A stretch of 43,005 nucleotides of DNA. It comes from Candidatus Methylomirabilis oxygeniifera. GTDB lineage: Bacteria; Methylomirabilota; Methylomirabilia; Methylomirabilales; Methylomirabilaceae. The DNA is taken from contig JACPQX010000037.1 in assembly GCA_016190255.1 (NCBI GenBank), positions 1-43,005 on the forward strand, given 5' to 3'. This document shows positions 9,178 to 17,012 of this stretch, one piece after another. The notes beneath the pieces were generated by a model, which did not search any database, was not told the origin of the DNA, and worked only from the letters and a program-made list of their open reading frames with translations. How positions within the stretch are numbered: the first letter of the stretch is position 1; each line of letters starts with the position of its first letter. The position numbers were made by a program, and so were the translations under genes.

Positions 9178-9837
9178 ATGATGCCGCCGAAACCTCCCAT
9201 CATCTGGACGACCCCGCCAAGGGGATCAGTCCTGGTCCTGGCGCCTCATCCCGATGACGAAACCTTGGCCTGCGGCGGGGCGATCGCCCTTCACGCGGCA
9301 CAGGGCGATCCGGTGACAGTCGTTATCGCGACCGATGGCGCCGCCGGCGATCCGGAGGGGCACTATCATCGCGCTGATTACCCGGTGCTTCGGCAGGCCG
9401 AGTCACGCAGCGCCGCAGAGATCCTGGGGGTGACCTCGATTGAGTTTTGGGGCTACCCGGACGGCAGGCTCGCGGGGGCGGCCGATTTGACCGATCGACT
9501 CGCGGACGGTCTCCGGAGGATTCAGCCGACACTCCTGTACCATCCGTCCACCCTGGAGATCCACGCCGATCACTGGGCGCTGGCGATGGCCGTCGATCGG
9601 GCGCGCGAGAGTCATCGGAGCTTGGTCGCGGCGTATGCCTACGAGATCTGGGCCACCGTGCAGCCGACGCATCTCCTCGACATCACGGCGGTCTGGGAAC
9701 TGAAGCGCAAGGCCGCCGAGCAGTACCAGAGTCAGCTCCGGTACAACGACTATCTCCACAAGATTGCCGGTCTGAACGCCTATCGGGCCTTCTACCTGCC
9801 GTCGGCCCGGTACGTGGAGGCGTTTCAGGCCGGGTGA
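9178..9837 (+). CDS. PIG-L/LmbE family deacetylase
   Basis: VLVLAPHPDDETLACGG, TDG, G.PDG.L, HADH, YEIW. Confidence 0.92.
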   Translation: MMPPKPPIIWTTPPRGSVLVLAPHPDDETLACGGAIALHAAQGDPVTVVIATDGAAGDPEGHYHRADYPVLRQAESRSAAEILGVTSIEFWGYPDGRLAGAADLTDRLADGLRRIQPTLLYHPSTLEIHADHWALAMAVDRARESHRSLVAAYAYEIWATVQPTHLLDITAVWELKRKAAEQYQSQLRYNDYLHKIAGLNAYRAFYLPSARYVEAFQAG

Positions 9838-9844
9838 GATCGGC

Positions 9845-11584
9845 ATGCGGATCCTCCAGGTCGTTCACGGCTTCCCGCCAGAAGGCGTCGCGGGGACCGA
9901 GCGGTACTGTGAGGCGCTGAGCCGAGGCCTGTTGCGACGCGGGCACGCGTGCATGGTCCTTGCCGGCTCGGAGCGGTGCGCGCCGGAGGCGACCCTGGCG
10001 ACCGTGGAACAGGGCGGCCTCCCGGTCACCAGGTACCTGAGGGCCTGGGCGCGCCCTCGCCTGTGGACGGACGAGTACGACCCCGAGGCCGAGATCCTCA
10101 CGGGACACCTGTTGGACCTTGTGCGGCCAGAGGTCGTGCACGTCCACCACTGGCAGCGGTTGACCAACAACCTGGTCATGATCTGCGCCGACCGAAAGGT
10201 CCCTGTGGTCGTGACGATGCATGATCCCTGGACCTCCTGCCCTCGAATTCACAGGATCCGCTGGGACGGCGCCTTCTGCGCGGAGCGGCCGGCGGCTGCC
10301 CCGTGCCTGACCTGCGCCGAGCGCAACCCGTGGCAGGGGGATCAGGAGATCGGACGGGCGCTCTCGCTGCGCCGTGAGATGGTTGGTCTCGAGCTGGCGC
10401 GGGCCGTCAGGATCATCGCGCCGTCTCAGGCCCACCGCGCCTTCCTCCTTGGCCTCCTGGAGCTGCCCGAGGACCGTCTTGTCGTCCTCCCTCACGGGTG
10501 GCTTCGGACGGTGACGGCCCGGCAGCGAAGGGAGCAGCGATCCGAACTGGCCGGCGGTCCGCTCCGGATCGGGCACTGGGGATATCTGATGTACCTGAAA
10601 GGCACTCATCTGATCCTGGAGGCGGTGCATCAGCTTCGCGACCCGTCAGCCGTTCAGGTTCACCTGATCGGACTGGCGACGGAGCCGGATTACGAAGAGC
10701 GGCTCCGGGAGCTCGCGCGCGGCATCTCCGTCGAGTTCCATGGGCCCTATCGTCCGGCCGACCTTCGAGCGTTTGACCTCGACATCGCCGTGTTCGCCTC
10801 GATCGCCAGCGAATCCCATTCGTTTGCCCTGGATGAGGCCCTGCGCCTCGGGCTCCCGATCCTCGCGCCCGACCGTGGCGCGTTTCCGGAGCGGCTCGGG
10901 GCAGCAGGCCTGATGTTCCAGGCTGGCGATGCGCGCGATCTGGCCCGGCGGCTTCAGGCGATTCTTGATGCGCCGGATGTGCTGGACAGGATGCGCCGGA
11001 GCGTCAGGACGGCTGCGGTCCTTTCAATGGAGGCTCATGTCACGATGATAGAGAAGATCTACGACGACGCGGCCAGCGAGAAAAAGCCGAAGCGGACGCC
11101 TTCCACGCCGTATCTGAAGTTGATCGCGCAGGTGAGAGAGCAGGTCGGCGAGCGGGAGGCCGCCCTGGCGGGGCTTCAGGAACGACTGACACAGTCCGAG
11201 CAGCGCGAAGCCGCCGCCGAAGCCGTTGCCACCGCCCAGATACAGCAACGGGAAGAGGAGCGCGCTCGCCTGCAGGCCGACCTCGACCGAGTGACGCAGG
11301 AGCTGGCCGCCGAGGCGCAGGCCCGCCAGGCTGCCGATGCCGGAAGCACGGAGGTGCAGGCGCGCCTCGCCGCCGCCGAGGCGCAGCGCGTGGGCCTTGT
11401 TGAGCAATTGGCCGCTCTTGGCCAGGCTCGCATCAGCCAGACGCGGGAGTTGGAGCGATTGATCGCCCGCCTGCGCGAGGAGTATGCTGCCCTCGCCCAG
11501 CGTCTGATCGAGTTGGAGCGGACGCCGGCCGGGCGCCTTCAGGCATGGTTGAAGCGGTTGGACCGGCCAAAAAGGACCGAGTGA
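9845..11584 (+). CDS. Glycosyltransferase family 4 with long C-terminal coiled coil
   Basis: MRILQVVHGFPP..GTE, HVHHW, MHDPWTSCPR Cys cluster, ESHSFALDEA. Residues ~423-579 are E/Q/A/R/L heptads. Confidence 0.88.
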   Translation: MRILQVVHGFPPEGVAGTERYCEALSRGLLRRGHACMVLAGSERCAPEATLATVEQGGLPVTRYLRAWARPRLWTDEYDPEAEILTGHLLDLVRPEVVHVHHWQRLTNNLVMICADRKVPVVVTMHDPWTSCPRIHRIRWDGAFCAERPAAAPCLTCAERNPWQGDQEIGRALSLRREMVGLELARAVRIIAPSQAHRAFLLGLLELPEDRLVVLPHGWLRTVTARQRREQRSELAGGPLRIGHWGYLMYLKGTHLILEAVHQLRDPSAVQVHLIGLATEPDYEERLRELARGISVEFHGPYRPADLRAFDLDIAVFASIASESHSFALDEALRLGLPILAPDRGAFPERLGAAGLMFQAGDARDLARRLQAILDAPDVLDRMRRSVRTAAVLSMEAHVTMIEKIYDDAASEKKPKRTPSTPYLKLIAQVREQVGEREAALAGLQERLTQSEQREAAAEAVATAQIQQREEERARLQADLDRVTQELAAEAQARQAADAGSTEVQARLAAAEAQRVGLVEQLAALGQARISQTRELERLIARLREEYAALAQRLIELERTPAGRLQAWLKRLDRPKRTE

Positions 11585-11592
11585 CCCTTGTG

Positions 11593-11739
11593 GTGCGCGA
11601 CCCTCACCCCGGCCCTCTCCCTAACAGGGAAAGGGGCGTTGAGGAGAGGGTTCGCCTCGCCGAAGTGAGTCCCCTCGTCCCTACGCGGAGCGACTCCATT
11701 CCCTCGCCCCCACTGGGGGAGAGGGCGAGGGTGAGGGGG
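11593..11739. repeat. Palindromic doublet (CCCTCACC..CCCTCTCCC-n-GGGAGAGGG type), left flank of DUF559
   Basis: Unit A 11597-11636 and inverted unit B 11698-11739. 11593-11636 is 42/44 identical to 12075-12118. Confidence 0.85.
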
Positions 11740-11750
11740 ACAATGTAACG

Positions 11751-12275
11751 ATGAGCCCGCTGCGGAACCGGGCGCGACGCCTGCGCAAAGACCAAACCGA
11801 TGCAGAGCGCGGACTCTGGTTGCGCCTCCGTAGCCGCCAGGTGAATGGGGCCAAGTTCCGGCGCCAGCATCCCGTAGGGAGGTACGTCGCCGACTTCTGT
11901 TGCCCAGACCGGATGCTCATCGTGGAGCTGGATGGAGGCCAGCATGTCGCACGGGCAAAAGCTGATCGGCGCCGGACTGCGTTTCTGCGTGAGCGGGGTT
12001 ACCGGGTGCTGCGCTTCTGGGACAACGACGTGCTGCGAGAAACCGAGGTAGTCTTACAGCAGATTGCCGATGCAGTGAGCGACCCTCACCCCGGCCCTCT
12101 CCCTAACAGGGAGAGGGGACATAGAGGAACGGGGTCGCTTCGCCGAGGTCCATCCTCGCGTCCCCATGGGGTAGCATCCGCAAAGAGGATTCCCTCGCCC
12201 CCCTCAACCTCGCCTTCTCCCCCTGAGGGGGAGAAGGTTGGGATGAGGGGGAGAGCCGGAAGGATGAGCGGGTGA
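11751..12275 (+). CDS. DUF559 (Vsr/PD-(D/E)XK-like) endonuclease domain protein
   Basis: ARRLRKDQTDAERGLWLRLR, KFRRQHPVGRYVADF, IVELDGGQH, DRRRTAFLRERGYRVLRFWDNDV. The last ~65 aa are translated repeat (PHPGPLPNRERG). Confidence 0.9.
   Translation: MSPLRNRARRLRKDQTDAERGLWLRLRSRQVNGAKFRRQHPVGRYVADFCCPDRMLIVELDGGQHVARAKADRRRTAFLRERGYRVLRFWDNDVLRETEVVLQQIADAVSDPHPGPLPNRERGHRGTGSLRRGPSSRPHGVASAKRIPSPPSTSPSPPEGEKVGMRGRAGRMSG
12075..12251. repeat. Palindromic doublet, right flank of DUF559 (within its 3' end)
   Basis: Unit A 12079-12118 and unit B ccttctccccctgagggggagaaggttgggatgaggggg 12213-12251. The spacer is homologous to the left-flank spacer. Confidence 0.85.
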
Positions 12276-13855
12276 AGATCGTACAGTTCGTCCATGGGTA
12301 CCCGCCGGAGTTCATTGGCGGGACTGAGACCTACACACAGGTTCTGAGTCAGCGGCTGGTGGGGCGCGGACACGCCGTTCTGGTGGTGGCGGGCTCGGGA
12401 TCGCCGGCTCCGAAGCCATCCGTCGCGTGGGGAGAGGATCGTGGCGTCTTCATCGCCCGCCTGATCGGTTTGGCGAGGCGGAAAGGGCTCAGGCCATCCT
12501 CCTACGACCCGATGGCCGATGCCCTGATCAGAAGGATCCTCGGATCGTGGCGACCTCAGTTCGTCCATCTCCATCACTGGAACCGACTGACGAACAACAT
12601 CGTCGCGATCTGCAGGGAGCTGGGGATTCCGACGGCGGTGACGCTTCATGATCAGTGGATCGCCTGTTCCCGCTATCACCGCATCCGCGTGGACGAGGTG
12701 TTCTGCGGCGAGAGGGCGGCGCCGTGCGCGTCCTGCGTCGATCGTGATGCCTGGCAGTCCGCCGGAGAGATCGAGCGGGAGCTTCAGCTCCGAGAGCGGA
12801 CCCTCAGACAAGAGCTGGAGCTGACCGATCGCCTCCTTGTGCCGTCTCACGCCCAGGCGTCGTTCCTGCACGCGATCGCCGGGATTCCACCTGGCCGGCT
12901 GGAGGTCCTGCCATTAGGATCGCTTCGCCGGGATTTGAAGCGAGCCGATCGCGGCGAGCCACGCCCGGGGGATGGGCCGATCAAGGTCGCCTATTGGGGG
13001 TACTTGTTACCCGAGAAAGGCGTGCATCTCTTGTTGGAGGCGGCTCGATATCTGTCGAAGGGCGCAGCAGTCGAGTGGCACCTCTATGGGTCGGCTCCAG
13101 ATCGGGCGTACGAGGTGAGGTTGCGGCAACTGGCCGAGGGGATGCAGGTGATCTTCCATGGCGGCTACATGGTTCGCGACCTTCAGTCGGCGAGCCTCGA
13201 TCTCGCGGTCTTTCCGTCGCTCTGTTGCGAGACCTATTCGTTTGTGCTCGACGAGGCCTTCCAACTGGGGCTTCCCGTCGTTGCCTCGAATCGTGGCGCG
13301 TTCGCCGAGCGGCTGGGGAGGGCCGGGCTCCTGTTCGAATGCGGGGACGCACGCGATCTTGCCGTCAAGCTCGGGTCGTTGTTGGAGAATCCGATGGCTC
13401 TTAACCGGTTGAAGCATGACGCGGCGGAGGGGAAGGTTGTGTCGATGGACGATCATGCTGGTCACGTCGAGAAGATCTACCAGGAGGCGGTTGAGAGTGT
13501 CGCGCCGGGACCGGACCCGGATCATGGGTACCGTGAGATCATCGTGCATCAACAACAGCAAATCACCGATCGGGAGCGAGAGATCGAGCGCCTGCTGACG
13601 TGCATCGAAGATCTGGAGCACGCAATGACGGGGGTTCAATACGCAATGGCGGAGGTGCAGCGCGAACTGGACGCCGTGGAAGACCGCCTTGTCGAGCTGG
13701 AGGCCGAACCGGCCCGGCTCGTTCAGATGGTTGCCACGTTGGAGGAAGAGCGTGAATGGTGGAGAAAACAAACGAAGCGCCTGGAAGAAGATCTCGATCG
13801 GCTGACGAGGGCGCCGTTGCATCAGCTCCACCTTCTGCTCAGCAGGTTAAAGTGA
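12272..13855 (+). CDS. Glycosyltransferase family 4 with coiled-coil tail (paralog of 9845-11584)
   Basis: MKIVQFVHGYPP..GTE, HLHHW.RLTNN, LHDQWIACSR, ETYSFVLDEA; ~108-aa helical tail. Confidence 0.88.
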   Translation: MKIVQFVHGYPPEFIGGTETYTQVLSQRLVGRGHAVLVVAGSGSPAPKPSVAWGEDRGVFIARLIGLARRKGLRPSSYDPMADALIRRILGSWRPQFVHLHHWNRLTNNIVAICRELGIPTAVTLHDQWIACSRYHRIRVDEVFCGERAAPCASCVDRDAWQSAGEIERELQLRERTLRQELELTDRLLVPSHAQASFLHAIAGIPPGRLEVLPLGSLRRDLKRADRGEPRPGDGPIKVAYWGYLLPEKGVHLLLEAARYLSKGAAVEWHLYGSAPDRAYEVRLRQLAEGMQVIFHGGYMVRDLQSASLDLAVFPSLCCETYSFVLDEAFQLGLPVVASNRGAFAERLGRAGLLFECGDARDLAVKLGSLLENPMALNRLKHDAAEGKVVSMDDHAGHVEKIYQEAVESVAPGPDPDHGYREIIVHQQQQITDREREIERLLTCIEDLEHAMTGVQYAMAEVQRELDAVEDRLVELEAEPARLVQMVATLEEEREWWRKQTKRLEEDLDRLTRAPLHQLHLLLSRLK

Positions 13856-15675
13856 CACCCCGCAGGAAAATCCTGGTCATTCGCTCGGTCAATGTCCACG
13901 AGACGGCGCGGGCATTACAGCACCTGCGCCGCCGCCATCCGGACGCCGAGATCAGCTTATTGCTTCCGACGCATCTGATGGAGTATCTGGCCGAGAACCC
14001 GCACGTTGATCGACGGATCACGTACGGGAAGCATGCCGGAGGGACAGGCTGGCGTGAAGCCATCACACTGATTCGAGCCCTCAGAAAAGAGTCGTTCGAC
14101 GAGCTGGTCGTCCTCTATCCGGACCGGTCCAGGATCGCCAACCTGTACGATATCATCCTGTTCTCCCTGTGCATCCCGGCGAAGCGCCGGGTGGTGCTCG
14201 ACAGCCATATGCGCGAGTCCGATCTCCCGTTCAGCCATCGGCTGACGGTGGTGCTTGATCATTCCCTCTTGATCGTCGCCCTCCCGATCGCAGCCCTCGT
14301 CACAGTCGCGTTGCGCGCGTGGAGCCCCGAATCGAAGCGCAGCGGGCGCCGGTGGACACGACCGGTCGGCAGCTCCAACAGGGTGGCCATCCTCATCCCG
14401 ATCCTGCCCGACCTCTCTCATACGTTTGTCTACCGGGAGGTCCTGGCAATGAAGCGGTACGGCGCGGACTTCGTCCTGATTGCGCTGGAGCAGGGTGATG
14501 ACGCCGTGCTGCACCCGGAGGCGAAGGCCCTATTGGAGTTCGCGATCTTGATCCCGAAGCGCTCAGTCTCTCAGTACGTGTTGTATTACCTCGTGTTCGC
14601 GCTGACGTCTCCGCGGCGAATGGTGGAGTTGATCCGACTGTTCCAGTCCCATGCGCGCGGAGATCCGCTGGTATTTCTGCGGATCAGTCAGTTTCATAAC
14701 CCCTTCCATCCTGTGCATGGCATCGGGCTGGCCTGGACGCTGAGGCGGCTTGGCGTCACATCGCTCCACGCGTATGGATCATCCTATCCGACCACACGGG
14801 CGATGACCGCGGCGTGCCTCCTGGATATTCCGTTCAGCACCACGGCGTTTGTCGATTTCGACGTCGAGTATGATTTTAGAATGCTTCCGGAGAAGATACG
14901 CCGGTCGGTGTTCTTCGCGACACACACCGACTATTGCCGAACCCGCCTCCACGCGGCAGCTCCCGGCGTCGATCCCGAGAAGATTCAGACGATCCGGATC
15001 GGCGTCGATCCAGAACAATGGCGGCCTGTCCTGAGCCGGGTCGAAGGGCCTGTCACTTCGACAGGCTCAGTGCGCGGCCTGAGCCCTGACAATAACAACG
15101 TCCCGAAGCTCCTTGCCGTGGGCCGATTCGTGGAGAAGAAAGGGCTGGATATCTTGCTGAGGGCGTGCGGGATCTTACAGCAGCGGGAGGTCCCGTTTCA
15201 GTGCCTCCTCATCGGAGACGGTCCGGAGATGAGTCGGCTTCAATCGCTCGTTACAGAGCTTGGTCTTGGGGGGAAGGTCCGATTCACCGGCGCCATCCCG
15301 ACCGATGGGGTTCGATCGTACTTTGCGCCGCAGAATGTCGTCGTTGCGCCATCGGTGTACGCAGCGGACGGCGAGAGGGATGGCATTCCCACCGTGCTGG
15401 TTGAAGCCATGGCGTGTGGCGTCCCGGCCGTGGCCTCGGCGATTTCCGGCATTCCGGAGCTGATCGATGACGGCGAGTGCGGGTTGTTGGTTCCGGAACG
15501 GGATGAGCACAAGTTGGCGTCAGCTATCGAAACCGTGCTCTTTGATCCAGGTCTCAGGGCGCGCTTTCGCCGAAACGGCAGGCGGAAAGTGATCAGGGAG
15601 TTTGACGTCCAATTGAATGCCCTCCGGCTCTGGAGAATGATCCTCAAGACGCACGACCGCCGGCACCTGTCGTGA
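13852..15675 (+). CDS. GT4 (WcaL-like) with N-terminal GT9-like segment and TM helix; contains an in-frame repeat insertion
   Basis: SHTFVYREV, LAVGRFVEKKG, DGERDGIPTVLVEAMACG. GTGA overlap at 13852. Confidence 0.88.
   Translation: MTPRRKILVIRSVNVHETARALQHLRRRHPDAEISLLLPTHLMEYLAENPHVDRRITYGKHAGGTGWREAITLIRALRKESFDELVVLYPDRSRIANLYDIILFSLCIPAKRRVVLDSHMRESDLPFSHRLTVVLDHSLLIVALPIAALVTVALRAWSPESKRSGRRWTRPVGSSNRVAILIPILPDLSHTFVYREVLAMKRYGADFVLIALEQGDDAVLHPEAKALLEFAILIPKRSVSQYVLYYLVFALTSPRRMVELIRLFQSHARGDPLVFLRISQFHNPFHPVHGIGLAWTLRRLGVTSLHAYGSSYPTTRAMTAACLLDIPFSTTAFVDFDVEYDFRMLPEKIRRSVFFATHTDYCRTRLHAAAPGVDPEKIQTIRIGVDPEQWRPVLSRVEGPVTSTGSVRGLSPDNNNVPKLLAVGRFVEKKGLDILLRACGILQQREVPFQCLLIGDGPEMSRLQSLVTELGLGGKVRFTGAIPTDGVRSYFAPQNVVVAPSVYAADGERDGIPTVLVEAMACGVPAVASAISGIPELIDDGECGLLVPERDEHKLASAIETVLFDPGLRARFRRNGRRKVIREFDVQLNALRLWRMILKTHDRRHLS
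15024..15077. repeat. Two 24-bp units (forward 15024-15047, reverse 15054-15077) inside a CDS
   Basis: gcctgtcctgagccgggtcgaagg and cacttcgacaggctcagtgcgcgg; translated as PVLSRVEG..TSTGSVRG. Confidence 0.85.
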
Positions 15676-16544
15676 TGACCACGCTCCTGATCGGGGCCGA
15701 CGGCCAGTTGGGAAGCGAGTTGCGGCAGGCGTTTCGCGACCACGACCTGGTTCCGCTGACCCATGCGGATCTCGAGCTGACCGACCGCGATCAGGTGACC
15801 GACACCCTTCGCACACGCCGGCCGGCTCTCGTCCTCAACACCGCTGCCTACCATCGGGTCGATGAGTGCGAAGACTTCCCCGACCGCGCCTTCGCCGTCA
15901 ACGCACTGGCCGTCAGGGACCTCGCCGTCGCCGCCGGGGCGGTCGGGGCGGTCCTTGTTCATTTCAGCACCGATTACGTCTTCGACGGCAGGCAGCGGCG
16001 CCCGTATCAGGAGACCGATGCCCCCGGCCCGCTCAGCGTCTATGCCACCTCGAAGCTCGCAGGGGAGCATTTCGTCCGGGCGGCGTCGGATCGTCACCTG
16101 GTGATCAGGACATGCGGGCTGTACGGCCTGGCCGGCCGTCAGAGCAAGGCGGGGAACTTCGTCGAGACGATGCTCAGGCTGGCAATCGAGGGGCGGCAGA
16201 TCCGGGTCGTCGGCGACCAGATCGTCACCCCCACCAGCGCGAAGGAGCTGGCCCGCAAGGTGCGACAACTGGTCGAAGCAGGCGGTTCCGGGCTCTACCA
16301 CATCACGAACCACGGCGGCTGTTCCTGGTACCGGTTCGCGGCCGCGATCTTTGAGCTGTCCGGCATCCGTCCGAATCTCTCCGAAACGACGAGCACCGCC
16401 TTCGGCGCCCGCGCCGTCCGTCCCTCGTATTCGGTACTTGAAAACTCGCGTCTTGGCCGGTTGGGCCTGGACGACATGAGCCCCTGGCAAGAGGCGTTGA
16501 AGGCGTATCTGGAGGACCGTCGCGCGTCGAAATCTGTGTCCTGA
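15672..16544 (+). CDS. rfbD: dTDP-4-dehydrorhamnose reductase
   Basis: GADGQLG, NTAAYH.VD..E, HFSTDYVFDG, YATSKLAGE, VVGDQIVTPT, RPSYSVL. Confidence 0.93.
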   Translation: MMTTLLIGADGQLGSELRQAFRDHDLVPLTHADLELTDRDQVTDTLRTRRPALVLNTAAYHRVDECEDFPDRAFAVNALAVRDLAVAAGAVGAVLVHFSTDYVFDGRQRRPYQETDAPGPLSVYATSKLAGEHFVRAASDRHLVIRTCGLYGLAGRQSKAGNFVETMLRLAIEGRQIRVVGDQIVTPTSAKELARKVRQLVEAGGSGLYHITNHGGCSWYRFAAAIFELSGIRPNLSETTSTAFGARAVRPSYSVLENSRLGRLGLDDMSPWQEALKAYLEDRRASKSVS

Positions 16545-16714
16545 GCCCCGTCGAAGCCTGTCCTGAGCTGAGCCTGTCCTGAGCGAAGCCGAAGGATCGA
16601 AGGGCCTGCGCTGAGCTGAATCGAAGCGGAGCTGCCACTTCAACAGGCCTGTCCTGAGCTGAGCCTGTCCTGAGCGAAGCCGAAGGATCGAAGGGCTCAG
16701 TGTGGTGCCTGAAC
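16535..16714. repeat. Nested cluster of 24-bp units
   Basis: An identical 48-bp composite occurs at 16556-16603 and 16647-16694, single units at 16535-16556 and 16604-16627, and a split reverse unit at 16636-16646 plus 16695-16707. Confidence 0.9.
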
Positions 16715-16779
16715 TCGCCTCTCGATCTTCTGCGCCGTTGATGGGCCGATCCTCGCACTGCTGTCGCATCACGCTCCCG

Positions 16780-16832
16780 CCCTTCTCCTCGCTGGGGCCC
16801 GCTCGCTCGAGTGGGGAGGAGGGCCGGGTTGA
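16780..16832. repeat. Degenerate B-type unit of the DUF559-associated repeat
   Basis: ccttctcctcgc...gtggggaggagggccgggttga resembles 11698-11739. Confidence 0.4.
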
Positions 16833-16891
16833 CCTTGACTCCGGTCCAAACATATGAGGGGAGGATGAACGAGAACGGGGCAAGATTCTCC

Positions 16892-16920
16892 TTGACACCG
16901 ACAGGTCGCTGCATTACATA
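16892..16920 (+). promoter_or_regulatory. Possible sigma70 promoter
   Basis: Perfect TTGACA (16892-16897), 17 nt, weak -10 TACATA, in an AT-richer stretch. Confidence 0.45.
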
Positions 16921-17012
16921 ACATACAAGAACTAGTAGGTGTTCTCGCGAACATGGGCAGAACTTGTTTTATTATCGCGCGCGCCGGCACGGTCGAAAAG
17001 GAGGGATGAACG

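Noticed and set aside
11751-12275. DUF559 unit as a classical IS element
   Set aside because: No DDE, HUH or recombinase motifs and no clear target-site duplication; reported as a nuclease-repeat cassette instead.
16535-16714. CRISPR array or simple tandem repeat
   Set aside because: Units are nested and in both orientations, with no unique spacers.
15240-16898. 552-aa minus-strand ORF (also 1677-2906, 4437-5567, 31605-32774, 32536-33654 and similar)
   Set aside because: Shadow ORFs of well-supported genes in high-GC DNA. They have no motifs and are partly translated repeats.
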